A DNA stretch of 32,000 nt from Opitutales bacterium (GCA_965219535.1 CBDCNV010000002.1:1830001-1862000), one strand, 5' to 3'; shown: positions 18,482 through 26,880, numbered from the stretch's first letter. Notes: generated by a model from the sequence alone, not told the origin. Made by a program: numbers and translations.

Positions 18482-19612
18482 ATGCACAAGAAAATTAGAA
18501 CATCTATTATTTTTATATTAAGCATTATCGCGATAGTAAATGCTTATGGAGGTGAATTAATCAATCAATTGCAGGTAGGTGATAAAATATATCACGAGGT
18601 GGAGATAAAAAAAGTGACGCCGAAAGCTCTACTGATCAAACATTCCGCCGGCATAGCACAGGTGCTACTTGCTGATCTCAGCCCGGAATATCAGAAGAAG
18701 TTTGGATATAATGCAGCAGTGGAAGATGCTTATAATAAAAAAATTGAAGCACATAAACGCGAGGTGTTAGAGGCGAGAGCAAAGGAGGCGGCCAAGCCCA
18801 AAATCCCAAAACCTCAAGTCTTGGTCTCAGACCGTATTCTGCAAAGATTTGGTCAGGTGCCGGAGTTGCAAGGTGAAGTGGATCTGCGACCTCGATACCG
18901 CGATTTAAAATTGATCTCTAAAGCTCAAGGTCGACGTCCGAGCTGTTCAGTTTTTGCCGTCGTTAGCGCACTGGAGTATCAAAATGCAATCGTCGTTGGG
19001 GAGGCAGAAAAACTTTCGGAAGAATACTTGATTTGGGCGACGCGGAAAACGCTGGGATTTAATGCAAAACCCGCGGCGACTCAGGATGGGGAAAGCAAGG
19101 ATGATCCCAACGATGCCGATGCGGGTTTCAATTTAGTCGAGGTTGTTCAGGCATTGAGGAGTTACGGTGTCCCCCTTCAAGAGGAGATGCCCAATACATT
19201 TGGTAAAAGCATGGCAAAAATAGAGGAACCAACTTCAAAATTGATAGAAGAAGCACAGAATCGAAGAAAAGTTTATTCCTATGTCATTACGGGAAGAGAA
19301 AATAAGGAAAAAATTGACGGCATTGTTCACGCGCTGAACGAAGAAGTCCCCGTGGTTATAGGAATGGCTTGGCCGCATTATAAATCACTGCAAAATGTTC
19401 CTATACTACGCGGCCAGAAGCCACGTGAAGATTATGCCCATGCGGTAACTCTTGTCGGCTACCGATGTGAATCGGGGCGCCGAGAAGATATTTTATTTAT
19501 CTTTAAAAATTCATGGGGACATGAGTGGGGGATTGCCGGTCATGGTTATGTGGCTTATACCTATATGGAAAAGCACATTAACTCGGCAATATTCTTAGAA
19601 GTTGCACTTTAA
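18482..19612 (+). CDS. Secreted papain-like (C1 family) cysteine peptidase with an extra N-terminal module
   Basis: It has a signal peptide MHKKIRTSIIFILSIIAIVNAYG and a ~55-aa N-terminal module, then a Lys/Ala/Glu-rich linker. Catalytic motifs are QGRRPSCSVFAVVSALEY (Cys), DYAHAVTLVGY (His) and IFKNSWGHEWGIAGHGY (Asn-Ser-Trp). Confidence 0.85.
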   Translation: MHKKIRTSIIFILSIIAIVNAYGGELINQLQVGDKIYHEVEIKKVTPKALLIKHSAGIAQVLLADLSPEYQKKFGYNAAVEDAYNKKIEAHKREVLEARAKEAAKPKIPKPQVLVSDRILQRFGQVPELQGEVDLRPRYRDLKLISKAQGRRPSCSVFAVVSALEYQNAIVVGEAEKLSEEYLIWATRKTLGFNAKPAATQDGESKDDPNDADAGFNLVEVVQALRSYGVPLQEEMPNTFGKSMAKIEEPTSKLIEEAQNRRKVYSYVITGRENKEKIDGIVHALNEEVPVVIGMAWPHYKSLQNVPILRGQKPREDYAHAVTLVGYRCESGRREDILFIFKNSWGHEWGIAGHGYVAYTYMEKHINSAIFLEVAL

Positions 19613-19716
19613 TATCGCGTCGAGGATCTCCGAAGAGTTAGGACGAAATACCGAGATACGGTTAAGTTTTTTGAAAATTAAATAAACCTGAACGCGTTCA
19701 AGTAATCTTCACCATT

Positions 19717-20385
19717 ATGAATTCAATTCAATCCATCATCTTTGATATGGACGGCCTCATGCTCGATACGGAGAAACTGTCGATGCAGGCATGGATGATC
19801 GCAGCTAAAGAGGTTGAAATTGAATTTAACGAGGGCGTTTTCCTGCGTATGATTGGCCGTAACTCAAGGGATATAAAATCAGTTCTTAGAGAATATATTA
19901 AAAATGAAGATCAAAGAGAGGCGTTTTACAAATGCGCGTGGATTAATTACCATCAGATTATTACGGATAATCCGATACCGATAAAACCAGGCTTGACTGA
20001 GTTGTTGGATTTTCTGGAAGAGAATAAAATAAGTAAAGCGGTTGCGACCTCAACTAAAAGCGAGATGGCTGAAAAGAATTTAAAGTCATTAGGACTTTAT
20101 AACCGATTTTCATCTGTAGTAACAGGGGATCAAGTGAAGCGTGGTAAACCTGATCCAGAAATATATCTAAAGGCGGCAAATGATCTTGGCGCTACTCCGG
20201 AACAATGTGTTGTTCTGGAAGATTCAGAAAACGGCATCCGCGCCGCAAATGCTGCAGGTACCTGTGCGATTATGATTCCCGATCTCATCGCACCTTCGGT
20301 GGAAATGCGTAAATTAGCTTACAAGATTTTTGACTCGATCAACGAATTTCTTGTGTATTTTAAAACCTCCCGAAAGGTCGGTTAA
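19717..20385 (+). CDS. HAD-superfamily hydrolase (beta-phosphoglucomutase/phosphatase subfamily IA)
   Basis: HAD motif I is IIFDMDGLMLDTE, motif II is VATST, motif III is KRGKPDPEIY, and motif IV is LEDSENGIRAANAAG. Confidence 0.9.
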   Translation: MNSIQSIIFDMDGLMLDTEKLSMQAWMIAAKEVEIEFNEGVFLRMIGRNSRDIKSVLREYIKNEDQREAFYKCAWINYHQIITDNPIPIKPGLTELLDFLEENKISKAVATSTKSEMAEKNLKSLGLYNRFSSVVTGDQVKRGKPDPEIYLKAANDLGATPEQCVVLEDSENGIRAANAAGTCAIMIPDLIAPSVEMRKLAYKIFDSINEFLVYFKTSRKVG

Positions 20386-20391
20386 TTTCCC

Positions 20392-21426
20392 TTACATTTG
20401 ACGGATGCTACAGGAGTGACAGGAAAAGCCCGCGCCGAATGCCGTGAGCCAAAGATCATTTTCTACTTTTTCATTTTTCAGATACTCTTCGAGTGCGAAG
20501 AGGACAGAAGGACTACTCATATTTCCGTAATTTCTAAGTACCTTTGCTGATTCAATGAGAGAATAGTCGGGAAGTGCGGATTCTATAGCTTCAAGCACAT
20601 CACGACCACCGCTATGGGATATGATGCGTCCCACATTATCGCATTTACCATTCTGTCGATAAAATAATTTGCTGACCGACTCGCTGGCCAGTTCAGGTAC
20701 GGAATTATGTAGCCGATTGCGCAGTTTACCCTGGCTGTTTTCGAATCTTAATTTATTTCGGTTTTCAGGGAGATGGAGCGTATCGAAATCATAGCAATAA
20801 AGCCCCGTCGCTTTATCGTCAGCGGACCAAATACTGGCAGAAGCACCGTCACCAAATAAGCAGGCGCTGATAAGCACCCCGGGGTCATTCTCGAGAAAAA
20901 ACGCTGCTGAACAAATTTCTACCGCGATGACTGCGACATTGGATTTTGGATTGGCAGAGAGGAAATGGCTGGCGCTCCTGAGCGTAGGAATAGCCGCTCC
21001 GCAACCAAGACCGACAATATCTTGTAAAAACAAATCGCGGCGTAACCCCTTCTGTTCTGCTACATGGCTGGAGATACCCGGACAAAGGTAGCCAGTACAC
21101 GTGCATACGAACAGTGCATCGATATCACCCGCATTTAAATTCGTCATAGCGAGAGCTTCATCAAAGGCTTGACCGGCGAGGATAGGTGCTTCCCGTTCAA
21201 ATGCGCGGTTGAGTGATTCTGCATCCAATTCAAAAAGTGTTTCCAGTTCTGGAAGGGCAAAGTAGCGTTTATCAATACCATTATCTCCAAGCAGGACTTT
21301 TTGTATTATATTGATTGAACGCTGCTTTAATCGTTTGGGCGTTTCCGATTGAATAAATATATCCCAACAATCCTTTTGCGTGAATGCGTGGGAAGGAACG
21401 GCATTAGCTAAACTTTGAAGGTACAT
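20392..21426 (-). CDS. Type III polyketide synthase (chalcone-synthase superfamily)
   Basis: 344 aa. Cys-His-Asn triad contexts are FVCTCTGYLCPGISS, ISHSGGRDVLEAIE and RNYGNMSSPSVLFALE, with a C-terminal TAFGAGFS. Confidence 0.9.
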   Translation of the reverse strand: MYLQSLANAVPSHAFTQKDCWDIFIQSETPKRLKQRSINIIQKVLLGDNGIDKRYFALPELETLFELDAESLNRAFEREAPILAGQAFDEALAMTNLNAGDIDALFVCTCTGYLCPGISSHVAEQKGLRRDLFLQDIVGLGCGAAIPTLRSASHFLSANPKSNVAVIAVEICSAAFFLENDPGVLISACLFGDGASASIWSADDKATGLYCYDFDTLHLPENRNKLRFENSQGKLRNRLHNSVPELASESVSKLFYRQNGKCDNVGRIISHSGGRDVLEAIESALPDYSLIESAKVLRNYGNMSSPSVLFALEEYLKNEKVENDLWLTAFGAGFSCHSCSIRQM

Positions 21427-21429
21427 AAT

Positions 21430-22446
21430 TTAGTGCAGGACCTTAAAAAGAGTTTGAAAGGGCAGCAAGTGAGTTCGGTTTAAACCAGAAAGAATATACT
21501 GAAGAGAGGGTGTATAGAGCCATGGATGCATTAATCGCGATATGATCAGCCGTAAACGGAATTTTTGTCGTATTAACCAATTCACCGAATTAACTGTTTC
21601 CGACCAGGATAGTTTTTCTGAAGCATAGGCAGCGATAGGTTCAGCGGCCAAAACACCTGCTTCAAAAGCCATTGTCATACCGTTACCGGTAAATGGAGGG
21701 ATTACCGTAAACTGGTCACCTAAATAGATTTTATCATGCGCTTGATGGCTGTGATTGAAATCAATTGCAGCTACCCCGGTAGAGCTTTTGAGGTCAATTC
21801 GTGAATTGCTCAGTTTGTTTGCCATTTTATTCATACCGCAAGCTTCGAGGTAGGCTAAAAGTAATGCTTGTTTTTTTTCTCTAATGTACGGTCGGCGACG
21901 AAACAGACCACAAATATTAATATGTCCATTTTCCACTGATGAAGCACCCGCATATCCATATTTTCCCAAGTGAATTTCCAGATCGCTTTCTAAGGAGTAA
22001 TCAAGGCTGTGTAGCTTAATGCCAATCCAAGTGGTTTTCGTCAATTGCCGCCCCGCCGCCCATACCTGGCCTTCACCACTGGAAGCATCTCGAACACGAT
22101 GATGGGTATGCAGCGTCCCTCCCAGTCTTACGAACTCTTTGGCGAGACGATCATCGAGCGCGAACCTTGATATTCCGATTACCGGCTCGGGGAGTACATC
22201 CTCTCTTACTTGCCGGTTGTGAAGAAACCAGGCGGTTTTACGATGATGGCAGGCATCTTCCAGACATCCCGAGATACCGAGTTTATTCAGGGTTTCAGGT
22301 TTTATCCCCGCAATGAATTCCCCACATACTTTGTGTCTTGGAAATGTCCCCGCTTCATAAAGTGTAACAGCGATCTCACGCCGGCGCAATGCTATACCAA
22401 GAGACAAACCCGCAAGACCACCGCCGATGATCGTTATTGGATTCAT
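21430..22446 (-). CDS. FAD-dependent oxidoreductase/monooxygenase (short, geranylgeranyl-reductase-like)
   Basis: I start it at ATG 22446 (MNPITIIGGGLAGLSLGIAL, the GxGxxG dinucleotide fold) rather than the ORF-track 22506. It also has PRHKVCGEFI. The ATG overlaps the stop of the upstream methyltransferase (ATGA). Confidence 0.85.
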   Translation of the reverse strand: MNPITIIGGGLAGLSLGIALRRREIAVTLYEAGTFPRHKVCGEFIAGIKPETLNKLGISGCLEDACHHRKTAWFLHNRQVREDVLPEPVIGISRFALDDRLAKEFVRLGGTLHTHHRVRDASSGEGQVWAAGRQLTKTTWIGIKLHSLDYSLESDLEIHLGKYGYAGASSVENGHINICGLFRRRPYIREKKQALLLAYLEACGMNKMANKLSNSRIDLKSSTGVAAIDFNHSHQAHDKIYLGDQFTVIPPFTGNGMTMAFEAGVLAAEPIAAYASEKLSWSETVNSVNWLIRQKFRLRLIISRLMHPWLYTPSLQYILSGLNRTHLLPFQTLFKVLH

Positions 22447-23096
22447 TTTCTTACGGCGATCATGCGGTATTGTCCAAGAAATCCAACTTCGCAATTGCAT
22501 TCCCATTGCTTAAGATCGAGACCCAGCAATTTAGGCAATTCATAGTTGATAAAACCCGCTTCGATACTGACACGAGCGTCATGGTTTGTCACGTAACTGG
22601 TCCTGAGCAAACGAGCAAATTTCAACTGAAATAGATGCAAGTTGCGCCGTGCGGGTTCAGAAATTAAAATAAGCTTGGCACGTTTGCCAATTTCCTGTCC
22701 GAGACGGTGTAATTCCTGATCTTTAAATTGATGTAAGACGAGATTAGCTAAGACGATATTGTAACGATCATAACCATCAAATGATCGAAGATCGACCTGA
22801 TGCCACTTCCATATCTCTGGCCAGTTTTTGGGGCGAGAAAATTGATCTAAGCCATCATATAAAACATCCTGTTTATTTAAAACTCTTGGATATAGCCATC
22901 TTCCCAAATCTCCAATTCCGGAACCTATTTCAAGTAAGCGATCATCTTTATCTAATCTTTTTTTCAGTTCACGGTAGAACCAGCGAAAATTCCCCATGAG
23001 ATGATTAAAGATTAATAAATCTCTTCTGTTATGAAGTGCATCCGGATGATTTTCAGGGAGACGATCGAGAATCTCGGGTTTTACCGTTCGGATCAT
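22443..23096 (-). CDS. Class I SAM-dependent methyltransferase
   Basis: 217 aa. SAM motif I is LLEIGSGIGDLG and a post-I acidic residue follows (YDGLDQ). It is the first gene of the MT-FAD-PKS run. Confidence 0.82.
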   Translation of the reverse strand: MIRTVKPEILDRLPENHPDALHNRRDLLIFNHLMGNFRWFYRELKKRLDKDDRLLEIGSGIGDLGRWLYPRVLNKQDVLYDGLDQFSRPKNWPEIWKWHQVDLRSFDGYDRYNIVLANLVLHQFKDQELHRLGQEIGKRAKLILISEPARRNLHLFQLKFARLLRTSYVTNHDARVSIEAGFINYELPKLLGLDLKQWECNCEVGFLGQYRMIAVRK

Positions 23097-23180
23097 TGTT
23101 ACTATGTATCAATCCTTCTCACATCTCAAACACGAGGTCAACCTTTACAGGTTTACTCCATTTAATACAATTGACTGTTA

Positions 23181-23213
23181 ATAATAAAAAAACCCTTCCA
23201 GCGCGGAAGGGTT
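23181..23213 (-). terminator. Rho-independent terminator for the small basic protein gene
   Basis: A perfect 9-bp stem pairs AACCCTTCC with GGAAGGGTT (23191-23213) across a 5-nt loop. On the minus strand it is followed by a T-run (plus-strand A-run 23186-23190). It lies 37 nt after the stop at 23250. Confidence 0.75.
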
Positions 23214-23249
23214 ATAGCTTATAAATCAATTCAGCGTATCTGGGACGAG

Positions 23250-23408
23250 TTACTCTTCACCTTTAGTTTTAATCAATCCAGATACGGGATCTCCCGCTTT
23301 CCATTGGCCGCGTTTTTTGAGCAGGAGGACGCGTTCAAATCGTTTGAGCACATTCCGCTTTTTTAAGGATTTTCCTCCTCCTTTTTTAAAACTGTTATGT
23401 TGAGACAT
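23250..23408 (-). CDS. 52-aa small basic protein (not in the supplied ORF track)
   Basis: My own translation gives MSQHNSFKKGGGKSLKKRNVLKRFERVLLLKKRGQWKAGDPVSGLIKTKGEE. The RNVLKRFERV..LKKRG.W..GD core resembles a small basic protein family I associate with Chlamydiae/Verrucomicrobia. A strong terminator follows. Confidence 0.6.
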   Translation of the reverse strand: MSQHNSFKKGGGKSLKKRNVLKRFERVLLLKKRGQWKAGDPVSGLIKTKGEE

Positions 23409-23677
23409 AATTAAAGTAAGTAGGGATTAAAAGACCGCCATAAAATCGAAACTTAAAAAAAAATCAATCTATTTATTAAGTTTCAAACCCTATTTATCGT
23501 AGTAACTATAAGGACTAAGCTTTTTAACTAATGACAGCCTGGACAACCCTGTGGGTAGTCGAATTCCCCGTAATTCTGGTTTTTATTGTCCTCTGGAGAG
23601 ACTTTAGTTAAGATAGCTGTTCATGCCCTTATTAATAGGGCATCGATCTATGAGGGGAATTGCTCGCTGAATATAAC

Positions 23678-25165
23678 TCACAAACTGGATCGGTCCCAAA
23701 GTGTAAGATTTTTCGGTGCCTGTGGACCACCTAAGAGTAAACTTGCGAATGCTCCGACGATAAAACTAATGCCAAAACTGAAAGGAAAAAAATATACAAA
23801 ATGCACTTCTTTTACTAATATGACCCACAACATAGCGGGGATGTTGACAATGGTACCTACGAGCCATCCGCGTAAAGTCGCGCGTTTCATTAATATTCCC
23901 AACAGAAAAAGACTTAAAATAGGACCGGCAAAGATACTGGTTAAGACAGCCCCCGCCTTTAATATATGCCCAATCTGAGTTACAAAACAGGCTATGGTGA
24001 CAGCAAAAGCGCCAAGACCGAATGTCAGAATTCGTGCTAATTTTACGTCTTTGCTTTCCTCAGTTTTACGACGCCTGAGCGGTTTGACAAAGTCGTTAAT
24101 AATGACCGTAGACACGGAGTTAATGCCAGAATCCATACTCGACATAGCGGCGGCTAAAATGGCGGTGATAAGTAGACCTGAAACACCATTTGGCATATGA
24201 CGGATAATGTAAAAAGGAAGTAATTTATCACCGGCAATATCAGCAGATAATTTATCAGGGAAATGCTGAAAATAAGCTAGCATTCCGAGCCCCAAAAAGG
24301 TCAATAAACTTACCATGAGCAGGGTAATGATTGAATTTATCCATGTTGCTTTAACCATGCCGCTGTAAGTTTTAGTCGCTAAAAGTCTTTGTACTGTAAC
24401 TTGATCAGTTCCAAATTCCTGCATCGCACTAATAAAAGACGAAATAGCCAAGGCGAACAAAGACATTTCAAAAAAATTAAGTTTCAAACTGAATACATCG
24501 AGTTTACCGGATGACTGTGCCACTTCAATAATACCAGACCAACTTTCCGGAACATTGATGAGTAGGCTTACCCCTATCCAAATCGCACCAACGGTAAGTA
24601 TTATAAATTGTAATGCGTCTGTCCACAATACGGCAGAGAGCCCGCCCATCACCGTATAGGTGGTTGCGAGTAGCCCCATGAGAATAATAGCGAGGTATAG
24701 ATTGATATCAGTAACTACCGAGAGAGCGAGTGCCGGTGAATAGATGACAACTCCCAGCCAGCTTAAGCGCACAAAGATAAATAGACCGGAAACGATGAAT
24801 CTTCCCGGCTGTCCGAAGCGTCGACCGACATATTCATAGGATGTGGTCACATTGAGTTTCCGATAAAAGGGGTAAAATAATAAGACGAGGAAAGGCGCTG
24901 CAGCGACGTACATAACCCCTAAAGCAATGTAGGAGACGTTCTCCATGTAGGCCATGCCGGGAAGTGCCATGTAAGAAGATGCACTCGCAAGTGAGGCATA
25001 CATACTAATGGCTACGATGAACCATGGCATTCGACGTCCGGCGAGGAAATATTCTTCCGTGGTTTTTTGTTTTCTCGCGAAACTAAGTCCAATGCCAAAC
25101 ATGACAGCAATGTAAATTAAACAAATACTGTAATTAAGAGCGCCAAATGATGAGGTTTCCTGCAT
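23678..25165 (-). CDS. Sodium:solute symporter (SSF family)
   Basis: 495 aa with about 13 TM helices and the SSF signature region GGLSAVLWTDALQFIIL. Confidence 0.9.
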   Translation of the reverse strand: MQETSSFGALNYSICLIYIAVMFGIGLSFARKQKTTEEYFLAGRRMPWFIVAISMYASLASASSYMALPGMAYMENVSYIALGVMYVAAAPFLVLLFYPFYRKLNVTTSYEYVGRRFGQPGRFIVSGLFIFVRLSWLGVVIYSPALALSVVTDINLYLAIILMGLLATTYTVMGGLSAVLWTDALQFIILTVGAIWIGVSLLINVPESWSGIIEVAQSSGKLDVFSLKLNFFEMSLFALAISSFISAMQEFGTDQVTVQRLLATKTYSGMVKATWINSIITLLMVSLLTFLGLGMLAYFQHFPDKLSADIAGDKLLPFYIIRHMPNGVSGLLITAILAAAMSSMDSGINSVSTVIINDFVKPLRRRKTEESKDVKLARILTFGLGAFAVTIACFVTQIGHILKAGAVLTSIFAGPILSLFLLGILMKRATLRGWLVGTIVNIPAMLWVILVKEVHFVYFFPFSFGISFIVGAFASLLLGGPQAPKNLTLWDRSSL

Positions 25166-25192
25166 GTGTTAAATCCAATCTGCGAAGTTTAA

Positions 25193-25200
25193 ATATTTAA
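25193..25200. repeat. Left copy of the 8-bp target-site duplication (ATATTTAA)
   Basis: It is identical to 25936-25943 and lies immediately outside the IS inverted repeats. Confidence 0.85.
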
Positions 25201-25215
25201 GGGTCATGCCTAGAA
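25201..25215. repeat. IS left terminal inverted repeat
   Basis: GGGTCATGCCTAGAA is the exact reverse complement of 25921-25935. Confidence 0.9.
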
Positions 25216-25251
25216 TAGACACATATCAGATGTGTAAGCTATTCTAGACAA

Positions 25252-25926
25252 ATGAGAAATAAGTATGTACATCGTTCAAAAATTTCTGAGGCCAAATTTC
25301 GGCAGTTAGTAAAGTGTTTTAGCTTGGATATGGAAGCGTTGAAGATAGCCCAATTGACAGGATTGAATCGTAACACGGTCAACCGTTATTTGCGCTTGTT
25401 GCGGGAGCGTTTGTTGCAGCAATGTGCGCAGGCCTCGCCTTTTAGGGGGTCGGTGGAAATGGATGAGTCCTACTTTGGAGGCAAAAGAATTCCAGGGCAA
25501 AGAGGTCGGGGTGCATTCAAGAAAGTGCCCGTCTTCGGGTTGCTCAAGCGTAATGGGAAAGTCTATACCCAGGTTGTACGCAACGTCTCCAGAGCCGCTC
25601 TGCATGCGGTGATCCAAGGGAGAGTTACTTTTGACAGTGTGCTTTATTCTGACGGGTGGCGTGCTTACAACGGCCTCGTGGATCTGGGCTATAAGAAGCA
25701 TTACCGTGTCAATCACAACGACAACGAGTTTGCCCAGGGACACTCCCACATTAACGGGATTGAATCTTTTTGGGCTTTTGCTAAACTTCGATTGGCTAAG
25801 TTCAAAGGTCTTTCTCGTAGGACCTTCCAACTGCACCTCAAAGAAACTGAATATCGCTTTAACCATCGTCATCAAAACCTCCATCGTAACATCCTTAATA
25901 TGTGCTTAAGATACCCTCTGTTCTAG
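25252..25926 (+). CDS. IS1595-family DDE transposase
   Basis: 224 aa. An N-terminal HTH-like region (LTGLNRNTVNRYLRLLRE) is followed by DESYFGG, VPVFGLLKRNGKVYT, SDGWRAYNGL and HINGIESFWAFAKLRLAKFKG. Confidence 0.9.
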   Translation: MRNKYVHRSKISEAKFRQLVKCFSLDMEALKIAQLTGLNRNTVNRYLRLLRERLLQQCAQASPFRGSVEMDESYFGGKRIPGQRGRGAFKKVPVFGLLKRNGKVYTQVVRNVSRAALHAVIQGRVTFDSVLYSDGWRAYNGLVDLGYKKHYRVNHNDNEFAQGHSHINGIESFWAFAKLRLAKFKGLSRRTFQLHLKETEYRFNHRHQNLHRNILNMCLRYPLF

Positions 25927-25935
25927 GCATGACCC
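25921..25935. repeat. IS right terminal inverted repeat
   Basis: TTCTAGGCATGACCC contains the transposase stop codon TAG (25924-25926). Confidence 0.9.
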
Positions 25936-25943
25936 ATATTTAA
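25936..25943. repeat. Right copy of the 8-bp target-site duplication (ATATTTAA)
   Basis: It is identical to 25193-25200. Confidence 0.85.
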
Positions 25944-26088
25944 TTATTAATAATCATGCGAAAAAATAGTCATCCTCAAAGAAGATGCGTTTTTCTTTGG
26001 AATACACTAGAATTATATTATGATTATTAAAATCACAGCATATGTAGTTAAGGTTCTTCTTAATAAATGACGAAAAAAAGGATGTATA

Positions 26089-26880
26089 ATGGCAAAGATA
26101 AATTATGAGTATATGCTTCCTCACGAAATATTATCTGCGCGAAAGGCTAACCCGATAGCCTATTTGCCGCTCGGACCGATTGAATGGCATGGAGTACATA
26201 ATCCTGTCGGATTAGATGCGCTTAAAGCTAAAGCTCTTTGTGAACTTGCTGCTGAAAAGGGCGGGGGGCTTGTCATGCCGCCACTCTGGTGGGGTGAACA
26301 CCGGGAAATACAACTTTTAGAAGCGAATCCCGCAACGCGTGAAGCTGCGGCTCAAAAAATGGAATTACGTCCTGAGGATTTCAGTTTTGGGTCAATGGGG
26401 GGGAAAACAATTGAAGAGCAGGCTCATTTTTACAATGAGCTTTTATTTCACATCTATCAGCAGTTAGCTAATCTGGGATTTAAAGCTATTTTCGTTATGT
26501 GCGGCCATGGCCCCCTGCCGTTATATGCTAATTTTACAGCGGAAGTATTCATGAGAAAAAGTCCGGTCCGTGTTTTTGCCACTTCAGAGGCGGCACTTAT
26601 ATCGGCCCATGCCAAGGAACTGGGTTGCCCGGTGGAGGAAGGTGAAGATTGGGGAGGAGACCATGCAGGAAAATGGGAAACATCAATCCTCATGGCACTT
26701 TATCCCGACCTTGTTGATTTATCCCTTCTTCCCCAAGAAGAAGATGCTGAACTTATTGGCATCATGGGGGAAGATCCTCGAAAATCTAACCTCGAGTTTG
26801 GCAAGCGTGCTGTTGAATTGATACTCAAGGCAATGGTGGAAAAAAGTAAACATTTGCTCCAGGAAGCAGAGAAGATTTAG
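26089..26880 (+). CDS. Creatininase-family amidohydrolase
   Basis: 263 aa. Motifs are LPLGPIEWHGVHNPVGLDALKA (compare the family metal-site E-x-H-G-x-H...D), CGHGP and GDHAGKWETS. Confidence 0.82.
   Translation: MAKINYEYMLPHEILSARKANPIAYLPLGPIEWHGVHNPVGLDALKAKALCELAAEKGGGLVMPPLWWGEHREIQLLEANPATREAAAQKMELRPEDFSFGSMGGKTIEEQAHFYNELLFHIYQQLANLGFKAIFVMCGHGPLPLYANFTAEVFMRKSPVRVFATSEAALISAHAKELGCPVEEGEDWGGDHAGKWETSILMALYPDLVDLSLLPQEEDAELIGIMGEDPRKSNLEFGKRAVELILKAMVEKSKHLLQEAEKI

Larger units (their letters stand above)
25201..25935 (+). mobile_element. Intact 735-bp insertion sequence, IS1595 family (IS1016-like small subgroup)
   Basis: It has perfect 15-bp terminal inverted repeats: GGGTCATGCCTAGAA (25201-25215) and TTCTAGGCATGACCC (25921-25935). 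It is flanked by an 8-bp direct repeat ATATTTAA. A single transposase ORF fills the element and ends inside the right IR. Confidence 0.9.

Noticed and set aside
22447-22506. Upstream start (ATG 22506) for the FAD oxidoreductase, and the + strand ORFs 22210..22545 and 22437..22634
   Set aside because: The extra 20 codons (MGMQLRSWISWTIPHDRRKK) would overlap the methyltransferase C-terminus by 64 nt and precede the GxGxxG fold. ATG 22446 gives a classic ATGA coupling. The + strand ORFs are antisense shadows.
22672-22690. TTGGCACGTTTGCCAA, superficially sigma-54-like (TGGCAC...)
   Set aside because: The spacing to a TTGC element is wrong, it lies inside the methyltransferase coding sequence, and it is simply a near-palindrome.
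23623-23643. Hairpin ATGCCCT-TATTAAT-AGGGCAT just downstream of the symporter stop
   Set aside because: It has a short stem and an AT-rich loop, and no T-run follows on the minus strand. It is a possible but unsupported terminator.
23586-23978. 130-aa plus-strand ORF
   Set aside because: It mostly overlaps the 3' end of the SSF symporter on the opposite strand, and its composition is not protein-like.
25306-25884. 192-aa minus-strand ORF inside the IS, plus the small + frame ORFs 25424..25612 and 25631..25909
   Set aside because: It is antisense to or overlaps the transposase, whose motifs span the whole element. Nothing suggests a second IS-encoded protein.
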